Part shown: piece by piece, positions 29,861 to 40,381 of the stretch
Numbering within the stretch: position 1 is the first letter of the stretch
Layout of the letters: each line of letters begins with the position of its first letter
Notes under the pieces: generated by a model
Database searches by the model: none
Seen by the model: only the letters and a program-made list of their open reading frames with translations
What the model was told of the DNA's origin: nothing
Made by a program: the position numbers and the translations under genes
DNA from: Chamaesiphon sp.
GTDB taxonomy: Bacteria; Cyanobacteriota; Cyanobacteriia; Cyanobacteriales; Chamaesiphonaceae
NCBI GenBank assembly: GCA_965246715.1
Contig: CBDFFH010000055.1
Span: 1 to 64,000, forward strand
Length of the DNA: 64,000 bases
Direction of reading: 5' to 3'

Positions 29861-30538
29861 ATGATGGAACTCAATGCGGACTTTACCAAACGGGCGGTGG
29901 TGCATGGGGCGGCGATACCTTGGCAAGCATCACCCATACCGGGCGTGGAACGGCGAATGCTCGATCGGATTGGAGCAGAAGTGGCGCGGGCGACATCGAT
30001 CGTCCGCTATGTTCCCAATCGCCGATTCTCTCCCCATACCCATGGCGGTGGCGAAGAATTTTTGGTTTTGGCTGGTGTTTTTCAGGATGAATATGGAGAG
30101 TATCCGGTAGGCACCTATGTGCGAAATCCACCCACATCCCGCCATACACCAGGTTCGATCGGTGGGTGTATCATTCTGGTGAAACTCTGGCAATTCGATC
30201 CGGGCGATCGCACCCAAGTAACAATCGACACGACGCAACGGCCATATATCTCCGAGCTGACGCGACTTGGCACGAGTATGCTGTCTTTGTTTGAAGACGA
30301 TCGAGAAACAGTGCGATTGGAAAAATGGCAGGCGAATACATCAATCGATCTACTCGTACCGGATGGGTTAGAAATTTTTGTAATCCAAGGTGGCTTTCAT
30401 GAAGGCGGCGAGATATTTCAGCCTTACTCTTGGTTGCGATTGCCCCCAGATTCTCGGCTGTTGGCGCACTGTGGTTCGGAAGGCTGCCAAATTTGGCTGA
30501 AGCAGTTGCGATCGAGGCAGATTTGGCGATCGAACTAA
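29861..30538 (+). CDS. ChrR-like double cupin protein
   Basis: GVERRMLDRIGAEVARATSIVRY, HTHGGGEEFLVL, VKLWQF. Confidence 0.9.
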   Translation: MMELNADFTKRAVVHGAAIPWQASPIPGVERRMLDRIGAEVARATSIVRYVPNRRFSPHTHGGGEEFLVLAGVFQDEYGEYPVGTYVRNPPTSRHTPGSIGGCIILVKLWQFDPGDRTQVTIDTTQRPYISELTRLGTSMLSLFEDDRETVRLEKWQANTSIDLLVPDGLEIFVIQGGFHEGGEIFQPYSWLRLPPDSRLLAHCGSEGCQIWLKQLRSRQIWRSN

Positions 30539-30641
30539 CCCAAGAATGGAAGATTGTTTTTGATTGGTAAGCATTGCGATCGAGGTTATGTCTCCCCCTC
30601 TCCTCAACTAGCTTTTTCATATTCTAATCCAGCAACTCCGT

Positions 30642-31886
30642 TCAATCCTCATTTTTAATGTACGTCATCAGTGGTAAATGCACTTTGACGATCGAGCCAA
30701 TCCTTGCTCCAGACTCGATCCCTAACTCGCCATCATGAGCTTCAACAATCCGTTTGACGATCGCTAAACCCAATCCCGTGCCACTGGCTTTAGTTGTAAA
30801 AAAAGGCTGCGTTAGTTGTGGCAAAATGTCAGCCGGAATCGGTGTACCACCATTATGAATTGAAATACAAATGCGCCGATCTTCACTTTTTTGAATGCTA
30901 ATTGAGATCGCTTCACCTGTACTTACTGCTTCACAGGCATTGGTGACTAAATTAATTAATACCTGCTTCAATTTATCTCGATCGGCTAAAATATTTATGG
31001 GTATTATATTCGCACTAAAATTTAGATATTTTCCCGCAGCGACAGGGATAGTTTGCAATATATCTAACGTTTCAGTGATGAAGCTGTTTAGCTCGATCTG
31101 CGATCGATCGAGTGTTTGGGGTCGAGAATAGAGCAAAATTTGACTTAGCAAGCGTTCCAATCGATCTGCTTCAGCTAAAGATAGATTTAGGTATTCTTGA
31201 AATCGATCGGTCAATTCCAGCTTTTTAAAGGCATTTAAGCCCATCATAATCGTGGTTAGGGGATTTCGTACCTCATGGACGATCGTGGCAGCTAGTTCGC
31301 CAATTTCGGCTAATCTGGCTAAAGCTTTTTCGATTTGCAATCGCTCCATTTCTGCCGCCGCTCGTACTGCAAAGATTTCTAGAATTGCCTGAGTTCGTTC
31401 GTTTGGCTCCATCGACTTATCATCTAGTACTGCTAGATGTCCCAACAATTCGCCCGTCGAAGTTAGCAATGGGATTCCGGCATAGCTTTGTGCTGACATT
31501 GCCTCAAATTCATCTTTTTCTTCAGGAAATAGGGTTTGAATCCGATCGGGAAAACATTGATAACTGTTACTTTCGATAACTAGTTCGCAAGGGGTACCGC
31601 GTAAATTGTATTCAAATTCTTCACCAAATTCTTTTCCCACCCAAAAGGCAAAGCTGCGAACGCGGGTGGGTGGGGCATCCATACATTCACTAATGAAGGC
31701 ATAACGGGCACCTAGAGCTTTCGCTAAGGAACGAACTAGCGATCGAAAGAAATCTACACCTGTAGCTGAAACCGTCCCTTCGACGATCGATCTGAGGATT
31801 TGCTCGGATTTTTCACGTTCTAAAATTTCCGCTTGAAGCCTATCGATCGTGACGATCATCAATTCTACTAACACTCGATCCACCAC
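30642..31886 (-). CDS. GAF-domain sensor histidine kinase
   Basis: GAF (FFRSLVRSLA...YNLRGTPCE...SYAGIPL...GHLAVLD), H-box IVHEVRNPL, GTGLGLAIV; the start may be ATG 31859. Confidence 0.92.
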   Translation of the reverse strand: MVDRVLVELMIVTIDRLQAEILEREKSEQILRSIVEGTVSATGVDFFRSLVRSLAKALGARYAFISECMDAPPTRVRSFAFWVGKEFGEEFEYNLRGTPCELVIESNSYQCFPDRIQTLFPEEKDEFEAMSAQSYAGIPLLTSTGELLGHLAVLDDKSMEPNERTQAILEIFAVRAAAEMERLQIEKALARLAEIGELAATIVHEVRNPLTTIMMGLNAFKKLELTDRFQEYLNLSLAEADRLERLLSQILLYSRPQTLDRSQIELNSFITETLDILQTIPVAAGKYLNFSANIIPINILADRDKLKQVLINLVTNACEAVSTGEAISISIQKSEDRRICISIHNGGTPIPADILPQLTQPFFTTKASGTGLGLAIVKRIVEAHDGELGIESGARIGSIVKVHLPLMTYIKNED

Positions 31887-31966
31887 GATTTATTCGCTCC
31901 AAAACAATCGATCTTTTGATAATTAGCCCAAGTTGTTACTTGTATAAATGCCTACGATTGTGTCTT

Positions 31967-32009
31967 GAAAAGGTGCTCTACTTGGGGAAACCCCAAGACC
32001 GCACTTTTC
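31967..32009. repeat. Nested palindromic repeat overlapping the kinase stop codon
   Basis: GAAAAGGTGC..CTTGGGG-AAA-CCCCAAG..GCACTTTTC; supplies the atypical tail KVRSWGFPK. Confidence 0.5.
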
Positions 32010-33438
32010 GCAAACCGCTGGAGTTCGGCAAGACGATCGTAAACTCACTACCTTCACCTACTGTCGATCGCACCATAATTTTACCACCCATCCCTTCTAC
32101 GAGTGTTTTGACGATCGCTAGTCCCAATCCATAGCCACCAGTCGTGCGGGCGCGATCTTTATCGACTCGATAAAATCGTTCGAAAATTCGCCCCCGATCT
32201 TGCAGCGGAATCCCAATTCCCCGATCGCGGACGCGAATAATTGCCTGTTTATCGATTTGTTCGACAATCAAATCGATCGGTTGTGCTGCTGCTGAATATT
32301 TAATTGCATTATCTAATAGATTAATTAATACCTGTTTCAATCGATCGCGATCGACGATCGCTTCGACATTTTCTGTTGCGGCAACTTGAATCGATCGATT
32401 TCCCAATTCTCCGGTCAGATCGGCCACTTCAGATACCAAGTCGTTCAACAATATTGGTGCTAGATGATAACGAGTATACCCACTATCTGCCCGTGCCAAA
32501 TCTAATAAATCTTGAAGTAATTTGATGGTGCGATCGGCTTCTGCACCTGCCGTTTCTAAAGCTTCTCGTTGATAGTCATTGAGGTTATTACTCCGCCGTA
32601 ATAAGCTCTGTAAATAACCCGATACCACGGTTAATGGCGTGCGTAACTCATGGGAAATATTGCCGATAAATTGCCGTTGTTGTTCCCAAGCATCCCCCAA
32701 CCGCGATAACATCAGATTAAAAGTTTGGGCTAATTCCTGCACTTCAGTCGGCGCATGATTCAGTTGCAATTGGGCATTATTCAGATCTGCTGCGGAAATC
32801 GCTCCCGCCATCCGGCTCATTTCCTGTAAAGGTTGGAGCGATCGCCGAATCCGGATCGCGATCGCCAGGATGGTGGCTAGGGTTGCTAAAATACAAACGG
32901 CAGTGAGACCTTGAGCGGTAATTAATTGGTATTGCTCGGTAGTCACATCCTGCGCCATGTAAACCTTACCTAGCGGCTGATTCCGTGATGTGACATTCCC
33001 ACGATATAAAATCAGATAGCGATCGCCAACGCGATAAACCTGCGGCTGGAGCGGCATTTCCGCGATCGACATCAATTCGGCACTGACTTTACTAGACTGC
33101 GCCAGAAGCTGTTTGCCATCCGTATTTTTGACCCAGATTGCCAACCCTGATACCGACACATTATCGATCGTTTTTTGCATTCCCTCGGCAACTGGCAACA
33201 TGTCACTGTAAAGTTCGACATCGCGCGGAAACCGCGTAGCAATATACTCGACTTGCTGGGTATGCGTGGTAATCAAAAGTTGCTGCATTTTCCAACTCGT
33301 CCAGACAGCAACGCTACTCAAGCCGAGAATTGACAACAGCGAGACTTCGAGCGTGAGTCGAAACTGAAGCGAAGCGGGGTCGAGATGCCGCTGTTTGACC
33401 TGATGAAATCTCTCCTGGAGTTTAGCGAAGGGTTTCAT
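31978..33438 (-). CDS. HAMP-domain membrane sensor histidine kinase
   Basis: Two TM segments, HAMP (PTEVQELAQTFN), ISHELRTPL, IFERFYRVD, GGYGLGLAI. Confidence 0.93.
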   Translation of the reverse strand: MKPFAKLQERFHQVKQRHLDPASLQFRLTLEVSLLSILGLSSVAVWTSWKMQQLLITTHTQQVEYIATRFPRDVELYSDMLPVAEGMQKTIDNVSVSGLAIWVKNTDGKQLLAQSSKVSAELMSIAEMPLQPQVYRVGDRYLILYRGNVTSRNQPLGKVYMAQDVTTEQYQLITAQGLTAVCILATLATILAIAIRIRRSLQPLQEMSRMAGAISAADLNNAQLQLNHAPTEVQELAQTFNLMLSRLGDAWEQQRQFIGNISHELRTPLTVVSGYLQSLLRRSNNLNDYQREALETAGAEADRTIKLLQDLLDLARADSGYTRYHLAPILLNDLVSEVADLTGELGNRSIQVAATENVEAIVDRDRLKQVLINLLDNAIKYSAAAQPIDLIVEQIDKQAIIRVRDRGIGIPLQDRGRIFERFYRVDKDRARTTGGYGLGLAIVKTLVEGMGGKIMVRSTVGEGSEFTIVLPNSSGLRKVRSWGFPK

Positions 33439-33562
33439 TGAGAAATCTAGGGGAGCCGTTCCTTACAAGCAGTTTTATCGTTATTGTTCCACTGTAATCT
33501 AAAGACTCGAGCGCGTCATGAAACAACCCTAATCACCAGATTAATTTTCGCTGAGAAACTCG

Positions 33563-33586
33563 ATCGCGCAGCGTCTCCTTTGGAGA
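33563..33586 (+). repeat. 24-nt CGATCG-inserted small dispersed repeat
   Basis: CG|ATCGCGCAGCGTCTCCTTTGGAGA|ATCG; same layout as 60429-60452. Confidence 0.65.
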
Positions 33587-33656
33587 ATCGTGCATTCGTG
33601 ACAAGTTAAGAAACGATCGCTATTTTTTTAGGGCAGAATAAAGGAAGTTTAGGCAG

Positions 33657-33857
33657 CTGTCGATCGCCCAATACACTCCTGTCTTCCCCGAATATTTATG
33701 TGCTGCTTTTAGTCAGATGACTTCCCCCAATCGACTCGATCGTCGGATCGAAGCCTTGATAGCTCCTACAGATCCGATCGAACGCGCGAGCATCTGGTCT
33801 TGGGCTTGGCTCCTACTCACATTGCTACCCCTATTCGCTATACCTTTTCATATTTAA
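33657..33857 (+). pseudogene. Probable 3' remnant of a cyanobacterial M56 (BlaR1-like) peptidase gene
   Basis: Frame LSIAQYTPVFPEYLCAAFSQMTSPNRLDRRIEALIAP...WSWAWLLLTLLPLFAIPFHI* resembles, from memory, M56 C-termini; in-frame stop at 33639 upstream and no HExxH. Confidence 0.45.
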
Positions 33858-33925
33858 GAAAATTTTCCCCAGCACTTATTTAGAAAAGATGTTATCAATA
33901 ATTTTACGTTTTTTAAATGATAGCC

Positions 33926-34804
33926 CTATAAATGTGATTCAGAAATCGATTCTAACTCGCTCTCGATCGATGGTACTTTATAACCAAATGCGATCGCCTT
34001 ACTAATATCTAGGGAAACATCCGCCGCTCGCGGAGCCGCCATCTGTAAGTCTTTTTGATAGATCGGTGATATGAGTGATGATTCAAAGCCAAAGACTTCT
34101 GCTAGCAATAGGCCAAATTCATACCTTGAGAGTCTTTCTTTGCCGCCTAAATTAAGCGTACCTGGAGCGACTTGTAATGCCAGTAGTAATCCTTTAGCGG
34201 CAGTTGTCGCACTTACTGGTGTCCGAAATTCATCAACGAATAACTTCAAGCTTTCGCCAGCGCTTAAAGATTTAATCCATGGTTGAATAAAGCTCATTGC
34301 AGTTGGTGGTGCCATACCAAACATCAGCGGCATTCGACAGATACCCGCACGGGGATAAACCGCTAATATCTCCCGCTCGGCGGCTACTTTTTGCTCTCCA
34401 TAAATATTGAGGGGCGCGACTGAATCTGTTTCTCGATATGGTGCCTTGGTACCATCGAATACTAAGTCGGTAGAAGTAAATACAAACGGGATTTTGGCAT
34501 CAAAACAAATCTTAGCTAACTGTCGGGATGCTGTAACATTTATGCGATAAGACAACTCCGGATTTATCTGACAAAAATTAGGCTGAGAAGCTGCGGCAGT
34601 ATGGATGATGGCATCTGGAGAAATTTTCTCGAGTGCTCGTTTGACTGACTCTAGATCGGTAAGATCGATCGAGTGTAAGGTGACATCTGGAATCTCGATC
34701 GGATGCTGGGAATAGGTACCATGAACTTCCCAGTCAGTACTGGCGATCTGACACAAATTCCAGCCTAAAAAGCCGCTAGCACCGGTAACGAGTAATTTTT
34801 GCAT
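33926..34804 (-). CDS. dTDP-4-dehydrorhamnose reductase-like SDR (RmlD/RfbD family)
   Basis: VTGASGFLG, FTSTDLVFDG, YGEQK (YxxxK), DEFRTP. Confidence 0.88.
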   Translation of the reverse strand: MQKLLVTGASGFLGWNLCQIASTDWEVHGTYSQHPIEIPDVTLHSIDLTDLESVKRALEKISPDAIIHTAAASQPNFCQINPELSYRINVTASRQLAKICFDAKIPFVFTSTDLVFDGTKAPYRETDSVAPLNIYGEQKVAAEREILAVYPRAGICRMPLMFGMAPPTAMSFIQPWIKSLSAGESLKLFVDEFRTPVSATTAAKGLLLALQVAPGTLNLGGKERLSRYEFGLLLAEVFGFESSLISPIYQKDLQMAAPRAADVSLDISKAIAFGYKVPSIESELESISESHL

Positions 34805-34842
34805 AGTTAATAACCTCGATCGATCTCACTAAACGCCAAGAC

Positions 34843-35559
34843 TTACTTTTTCTTACCGTCGATCGCCAGTTCGTTATTTCCCAGATTTACCCGATCGACA
34901 TTGAGATTTTGCTGTTGTAATTTTAGCTCGATCGCCTGCTTAATTTTAGCTTCAGATACGCCTAAATTTTGGGCGAGCTGGATAACCGTAAAGGTCATCT
35001 TCCCAACTTTGATTTGAGTATTGTTATCAAATTCGATCCGACTGGCATTTACTACGGGTTTACCGACAATGCCGATGTAGACATCGCGATTTTTTAAGAA
35101 AGGTAATTTATCGGTGAGTTTACTCAAAGCCGCCGTCTGACTTCCCGGCTGGCTATCACGGACTAGGCGATCGATATTTACCAATGCACCCGTATGAATT
35201 TTGCCATCTTTAATATTAGTATTAATCCCAGTAATTCCCGCAGGTATTTGTTTATTGACTTGGGAAGCTGCTAGCTTGGCAACAGCTAAATTAGTAAGGT
35301 CGCGATCGGTGAGTTTCAGTGCTATTTTATCACCGCTTTTAGCTTGCGCGATCGGTCGATCGATCTTATTTTTACTGACAGTTTCCTGCTGGGTGATTTG
35401 ACTCGGCTGCAATGGTAGAGCTGGAGTAGCTGTGCTATTTGTAGCGACTGCCTCAGTATATTCTTCAGGTACATTAGTCGCCTCCTGCCAAATATAATAG
35501 AGACCACCAACAGTCCCAATTAAACCGAGTAAAACTAACTTAAATATAATCTTCTTCAT
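34843..35559 (-). CDS. Hypothetical membrane-anchored protein
   Basis: ATG 35559 gives MKKIIFKLVLLGL, an N-terminal TM followed by a soluble domain. Confidence 0.75.
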   Translation of the reverse strand: MKKIIFKLVLLGLIGTVGGLYYIWQEATNVPEEYTEAVATNSTATPALPLQPSQITQQETVSKNKIDRPIAQAKSGDKIALKLTDRDLTNLAVAKLAASQVNKQIPAGITGINTNIKDGKIHTGALVNIDRLVRDSQPGSQTAALSKLTDKLPFLKNRDVYIGIVGKPVVNASRIEFDNNTQIKVGKMTFTVIQLAQNLGVSEAKIKQAIELKLQQQNLNVDRVNLGNNELAIDGKKK

Positions 35560-35664
35560 CTTGCCAAATCCAAGCTGTCCCGAACGAGACGTGTTATTAT
35601 TTAATGATATAGTAAGCAAGATTAAATTAATTTAACCTTCTAGCCTAGATATTTTGCGTAGAAT

Positions 35665-36786
35665 ATGACGATCTGGGTAAATTTGATAGCGATCGCCATT
35701 ATGGTGTTCGGATTATGGCTCAATAATACCTGGATTGCCGCAGCAGGTTGTGCGATCGCTTTAGTATTATCTCTCCCAATTATCTATCGCGGTATTCGAC
35801 AAGAACTGCTAGATTCGCTATCGCCCTCACAACGCTTGCAATTAATCGCGGCGATTACGGTACTGATTGCGGTGGTGGGCTTGCTCCAGATTTTAGAAGT
35901 TTTCGAGTATCTCGGTAGTTTCTCCGACCAAATCGATTGGAATGCTGTCGGTGCCTCAGGTGAATGGGGCGGTGCATTCGGTCAGATTTTGATTGCCATC
36001 TTAGCAGTATATATTGCTTGGCGACAGTATATTATCTCGCGCGACTTGACGATCGAACAAAACCGCCTCACCACTCAACAAAATATCCTCACGCAACAAC
36101 AAACGATCGATACCTATTTTCAGGGTATCTCCGATCTCGTTTTAGATGAAGATGGTTTCCTCGAAGATTGGCCGCAGGAACAAGCATTTGCAGCTGGACG
36201 CACGGCAGCATTATTAGGGAGTATCGATGCTGGCGGTAAAGCAAAAGTCCTGCGCTTCCTGTCTCAGTCTAAATTACTCAGTCCGCTCCGACGCGATCGC
36301 AGGTTGGGTCGGGCAATTTTGGACGGGAATGGCGGCTACGATGAAGATCGGCTATATGGAGTCAGAGTGATCGATTTGGGGGTGATGTTGGCAGGTGCAG
36401 ACATCTCTCAAACCGATTTACGCTGGACGGATCTTAGCGATGCCAATCTGATTCGCGCCAATTTGAGCGGCTGCGATTTGGTAAAAGCCAATTTTTCGCG
36501 CACGATCTTATATGAAGCCAAATTAACTAATGCAGACATTAAAGGTACTCGATTTTTCTATGGTAATGTCGAATCTGCTAGCCCGCGCAGTCGCAATGAA
36601 ATCCCCAACCATACCACTGGTGAATTTACCGGTGCGGTAATCGAAAATGCCGACTTTACCAACGTCCAAGAAATGTCTGAAGACCAACGTCAATACTGTT
36701 GTGCCTGGTGTGGTGAAGCCTCCCGCCAGACGATTCCCGGTGGCTGTGAAGGTATTCCTAGCAAAGTACCAGAGAAAAAACGTTAA
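35665..36786 (+). CDS. Membrane pentapeptide-repeat protein
   Basis: N-terminal TM segments, QQTIDTYFQGISDL, ADISQTDLRWTDLSDANLIRANLSG repeats, C-terminal YCCAWCG. Confidence 0.92.
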   Translation: MTIWVNLIAIAIMVFGLWLNNTWIAAAGCAIALVLSLPIIYRGIRQELLDSLSPSQRLQLIAAITVLIAVVGLLQILEVFEYLGSFSDQIDWNAVGASGEWGGAFGQILIAILAVYIAWRQYIISRDLTIEQNRLTTQQNILTQQQTIDTYFQGISDLVLDEDGFLEDWPQEQAFAAGRTAALLGSIDAGGKAKVLRFLSQSKLLSPLRRDRRLGRAILDGNGGYDEDRLYGVRVIDLGVMLAGADISQTDLRWTDLSDANLIRANLSGCDLVKANFSRTILYEAKLTNADIKGTRFFYGNVESASPRSRNEIPNHTTGEFTGAVIENADFTNVQEMSEDQRQYCCAWCGEASRQTIPGGCEGIPSKVPEKKR

Positions 36787-36838
36787 AGTAACGATCGATT
36801 AGCCACTGGCGCAGCTAAATCTAAAATTAGATAAAGTT
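36568..36838 (+). repeat. 271-bp direct repeat, left copy (3' end of the pentapeptide gene plus flank)
   Basis: Matches 41250-41520 (offset 4682) with only a few substitutions. Confidence 0.95.
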
Positions 36839-36845
36839 ATTTTGC

Positions 36846-37751
36846 TTATAAATCCTTAGAGATATCTATCAGTAACGAACGCAACCAAGTGTGGGCGGGA
36901 TGGCGATCGCAGCTTTGATGCCAGTGCATAAATACAGAAAATCCTTCAGTTGAAAGCGGGACTGGTAAAATCTGAAGATCCTGCATTGTTGCAAAGGATC
37001 GTGCGATGCGTTCTGGTAGCGTCGCAACCAAATCAGTTCGAGCAAGAATAAACGGTGCTACTAAAAAATGCGGTAGAGAAATTGCAATATGCCGTTGCAT
37101 GTTTTGCTTGGCAAGATAGCGATCGATTCGACCGATGCGATCTTCAGCAATCGAGACTAATAAGTGATTTTTTGCGACATAATCTTCTAAAGAAAGCGAG
37201 TCATTCGTTGCGAATAGACCGCGACGACAAACACAGACGTACCGCTCAGTGAATAGTAATTGAGTACGATACCAAGCAACATTTTGTGGGAACACCCCAC
37301 AAATAATATCTAGTTCGCCTTTATCTACCAGTGCCATGAGTTTATCCCGATCGCCCGAACGAATTTGAATGGCAATATGCGGGGCAATCGATTGAATTAT
37401 GGCGAGTAATTTGGGTAAGAGCACAAATTCTGTGTAGTCACTCATCCCAATTTTAAACACCCGATCGCTATTGACGGGATCGAAGCTAACCTCTCTAGTC
37501 AAGGCTCGATCGATCTGCTGGAGCGATGGTTGAATTTGACTGGCAAGCTCGATCGCGATCGGGGTTGGATGTAGTGCCCCAGCCATCCGCACGAATAACT
37601 CATCATTAGTTAATTTCCGCAGCCGCGCCAGGGCATTACTCGTGGCAGGTTGACTCAATCCCAGTCTTTCCCCGGCTCGCGTTACATTGCGATCTCGCAT
37701 AATCGCGTCGAATACCACTAATAGATTCAAATCGATGCCCGCAAGATTCAT
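36846..37751 (-). CDS. LysR family regulator (NodD/nitroaromatic-type)
   Basis: ATG 37751 gives MNLAGIDLNLLVVFDA...VTRAGERLGLSQPATSNALARLR; WHQ...DRHPAHTWLR. Confidence 0.93.
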   Translation of the reverse strand: MNLAGIDLNLLVVFDAIMRDRNVTRAGERLGLSQPATSNALARLRKLTNDELFVRMAGALHPTPIAIELASQIQPSLQQIDRALTREVSFDPVNSDRVFKIGMSDYTEFVLLPKLLAIIQSIAPHIAIQIRSGDRDKLMALVDKGELDIICGVFPQNVAWYRTQLLFTERYVCVCRRGLFATNDSLSLEDYVAKNHLLVSIAEDRIGRIDRYLAKQNMQRHIAISLPHFLVAPFILARTDLVATLPERIARSFATMQDLQILPVPLSTEGFSVFMHWHQSCDRHPAHTWLRSLLIDISKDL

Positions 37752-37850
37752 TTCATGAATGATGATATACAAATAATCCATTGGACAAATGTATTGTAAT
37801 TCATTGAGGATATAAGACATAGCAATTCGACGTTCTCTTATCGCAACATC

Positions 37851-38565
37851 ATGAGCAAGCAAATCTTGACCATCGTTTCTAACGCTGCGATCTCCACCAC
37901 GATGGGTTGGCCGGTTGGTTTTTTGGGCGGCAGAACTAATTCACCCTTACGATGCGTTTAACCGTACTGGTTGTGGCGTTACGATCGCCAGTCCTCACGG
38001 CGGTAAAGTAACATTTGACCCGCTGAGCGATCCGCGCGATGCTTCGGGCTATTCCAAGGACGATCGGCTGTCGCTGGAATATATCGATCGTCCAGAATTT
38101 ATGGCACTGCTGGAAAATACACCCGCGATTACCACCCTTAACCCAGCTGATTTTGATGCGATCGTGGTTTGTGGCGGTCAAGGGCCGATGTTTACCTTCA
38201 GATCCGATCGCGCGTTAGCCGATTTATTCATGCGGTTTTATAACGCGGGAAAACCCAGTGCGGCATTATGCCACGGTACCTGTTTATTGCTAGAAACTAA
38301 GCTGGATAATGGCAAATACTTAATCGAAGGGAAAACCATGACGGGGTTTGCCAATAGTGAAGAGGACTATGGCGATAACTTTGTGGGTAAAAAGATGATG
38401 CCGTTCCGCATTGAAGATGAAGCCAAAAAATTAGGTGCTAATTTTCTCACGGCTGAAGCCTTTGCGGCATATGCCGTCCAAGATGGCAATTTGATTACCG
38501 GACAGCAACAAAATTCTGGCGCAGAAACCGCCAAGTTGGTATTAGCCGCATTAGCGGTTAATTAA
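37851..38565 (+). pseudogene. DJ-1/PfpI (type 1 glutamine amidotransferase-like) gene with a +1 frameshift
   Basis: ATG 37851 MSKQILTIVSNAAISTTMGWPVG, then a T6 run (37919-24) shifts into FWAAELIHPY...CGGQGP...ALCHG; could be a sequencing error. Confidence 0.8.
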
Positions 38566-38635
38566 TAAACGTTGTATTTATTAAGTTATCAATAGCAGGA
38601 AAAGATTCAAGTCAATTATCAAATCAGCGTAAATA

Positions 38636-39004
38636 ATGGCGATCGAACAACTTGAAGGAGGCGTTCTGTTTACGCCGCAAACCGAACCTGGATTTACACC
38701 AAAGACACCCCAAGGTTTGGAAAATACAGGAGTTACACTCCAGATGACGCTCGGACAATCGAGAGGCGAGGCAACAACAGTTGCCTATGGCACGATCGAG
38801 CCAGGTTGTGGTGTCGACTGGGAAACTCATGATACTTGGACAGAATCGATCTATGTAATTGCGGGCGAGGCAACTTGCACGATCGGTTCTGCCAATCCTG
38901 TCAAGGTAAGCCCAGGGCAACTTTGGCATGTAGACAAAAATAATCCGCATCTGGTCAAAAACCTGGGTACCGATCGGTTAGAATTCTTGTTTTTTTGGTT
39001 CTAA
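38636..39004 (+). CDS. Cupin-domain protein
   Basis: WETHDTWTESIYVIAG and PGQLWHVDKNNPH. Confidence 0.8.
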   Translation: MAIEQLEGGVLFTPQTEPGFTPKTPQGLENTGVTLQMTLGQSRGEATTVAYGTIEPGCGVDWETHDTWTESIYVIAGEATCTIGSANPVKVSPGQLWHVDKNNPHLVKNLGTDRLEFLFFWF

Positions 39005-39021
39005 TTGGGAGGAGATAATCT

Positions 39022-39693
39022 ATGGCAGTTTGCATTATTGTTGGCTTTGGAAGGGGAGTGGGTTTAGGCATCGCCCAAGCCTTTGGTAAGGTAGGATACA
39101 CTCTGGGACTGATTGGGCGATCGCCACAAAAATATGTCGAGGCAGTAAAGTTGTTAACCGATGCGGGCGTAACATGTGAGCTGGTTGCGGCTGATGCGAG
39201 TGACGAGACTTCATTGACTGGGGCGATCTCGACGCTGATTCAAACCCACGGTACGCCGGAAGTGCTGGTCTACAATGTCGTTTCTAGCGGCTTTGGCAAA
39301 CCAACTACGCTGGATGCCAAGCAAATGACACAGGACTTCAACTCAAATGTGGTGGGGGCACTAGTTGCTACAAAAGCTGTGTTGCCAGCAATGCAAACAC
39401 AATCCCGTGGCAGTATTCTATTTACTTGCGGCGGATGGGCGTATTCCCCGTGGGATGGTGCTGCCTCGATTAGTATTGGCAAAGCTGGACTGCGGAGCCT
39501 AGCGATGACTCTCGCTCAGGAATTAGCACAAACACCGATTCGGATCGGACTAGTCAGCATTATGGGACAGGTAGAGCCTGGTACTCCATTCGAGCCGCAG
39601 AAAATTGGTGAGGTATTTCTAGAAATGCACCAACAGCCTGTTGGTGCATTCAAGACAGAATTGATATTTACTGGAGAACCGATCGCACTATGA
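39022..39693 (+). CDS. Short-chain dehydrogenase/reductase
   Basis: IVGFGRGVG Rossmann motif, VLVYN, SIGKAGLRSLAMTLAQEL. Confidence 0.88.
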   Translation: MAVCIIVGFGRGVGLGIAQAFGKVGYTLGLIGRSPQKYVEAVKLLTDAGVTCELVAADASDETSLTGAISTLIQTHGTPEVLVYNVVSSGFGKPTTLDAKQMTQDFNSNVVGALVATKAVLPAMQTQSRGSILFTCGGWAYSPWDGAASISIGKAGLRSLAMTLAQELAQTPIRIGLVSIMGQVEPGTPFEPQKIGEVFLEMHQQPVGAFKTELIFTGEPIAL

Positions 39694-40323
39694 AGATTGC
39701 ATTTATTGGGATCGGTAATGTCGGCGCACCCCTAGCCGATAACTTGCAAAAATTGGGACACGAGGTAATTATTTGCCGCTCGCGATCCTGATTCTAAATC
39801 GGTAATGGCAGCACTGGCGCTCAACCCACAGTTATTAGTAGAGACACCACTATTAGCCATTCGATCGGCAGAGGTGGTCTTTATGGCTACAGCATTCGGT
39901 GACGCAGCATCGGCGTTAACTCCACTGAGTGCAGAACTGTCTGGCAAAATTTTAGTCGATTGTACCAATCCAGTGGGAGCGAATTTAACCCACGGCTTGG
40001 ATAGTAAAATTTCCGCTGGTGAAACCATCCAGCAACTAATTCCCGAAGCTAGAGTTGTCAAAGCTTTTACGATCTATGGCTATAAAAACTTTGAAGATAC
40101 CAGTTATCCCGGCTATGGGGATTTACAACCTGTGATGCTCATCGCGGGGAATGATGATGCCGCAAAAAGTTGCGTCGCCGATCTCTGTCACCAACTGGTG
40201 TGGGAACCAATAGATACCGGGAATATTGCCATGAGTTTGCACTTAGAACATATGGCTTTGCTGTGGATTAAATTAGCGATGAAACAAGGAGTAAATTTTG
40301 TGTGGGCGATGCTCCGGCGATAA
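39690..40323 (+). pseudogene. NADPH-dependent F420 reductase-family gene with a +1 frameshift
   Basis: ATGA overlap with the SDR stop; MKIAFIGIGNVGAPLA...HEVII, extra T at about 39774, then AARDPDS...KILVDCTNP...VVKAF. Confidence 0.8.
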
Positions 40324-40381
40324 GAGCTTAACAATGCGATCGAGTCATCAGCCTTAATTAACGGATTTAGGAGCTAGTTCA

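Noticed and set aside
28440..30640. Direct repeats bounding the TetR-GST-cupin block
   Set aside because: No convincing matching flanks found by eye.
31978..33438. Naming this kinase manS
   Set aside because: The architecture is compatible, but no diagnostic motif, cognate regulator or Mn transporter is nearby.
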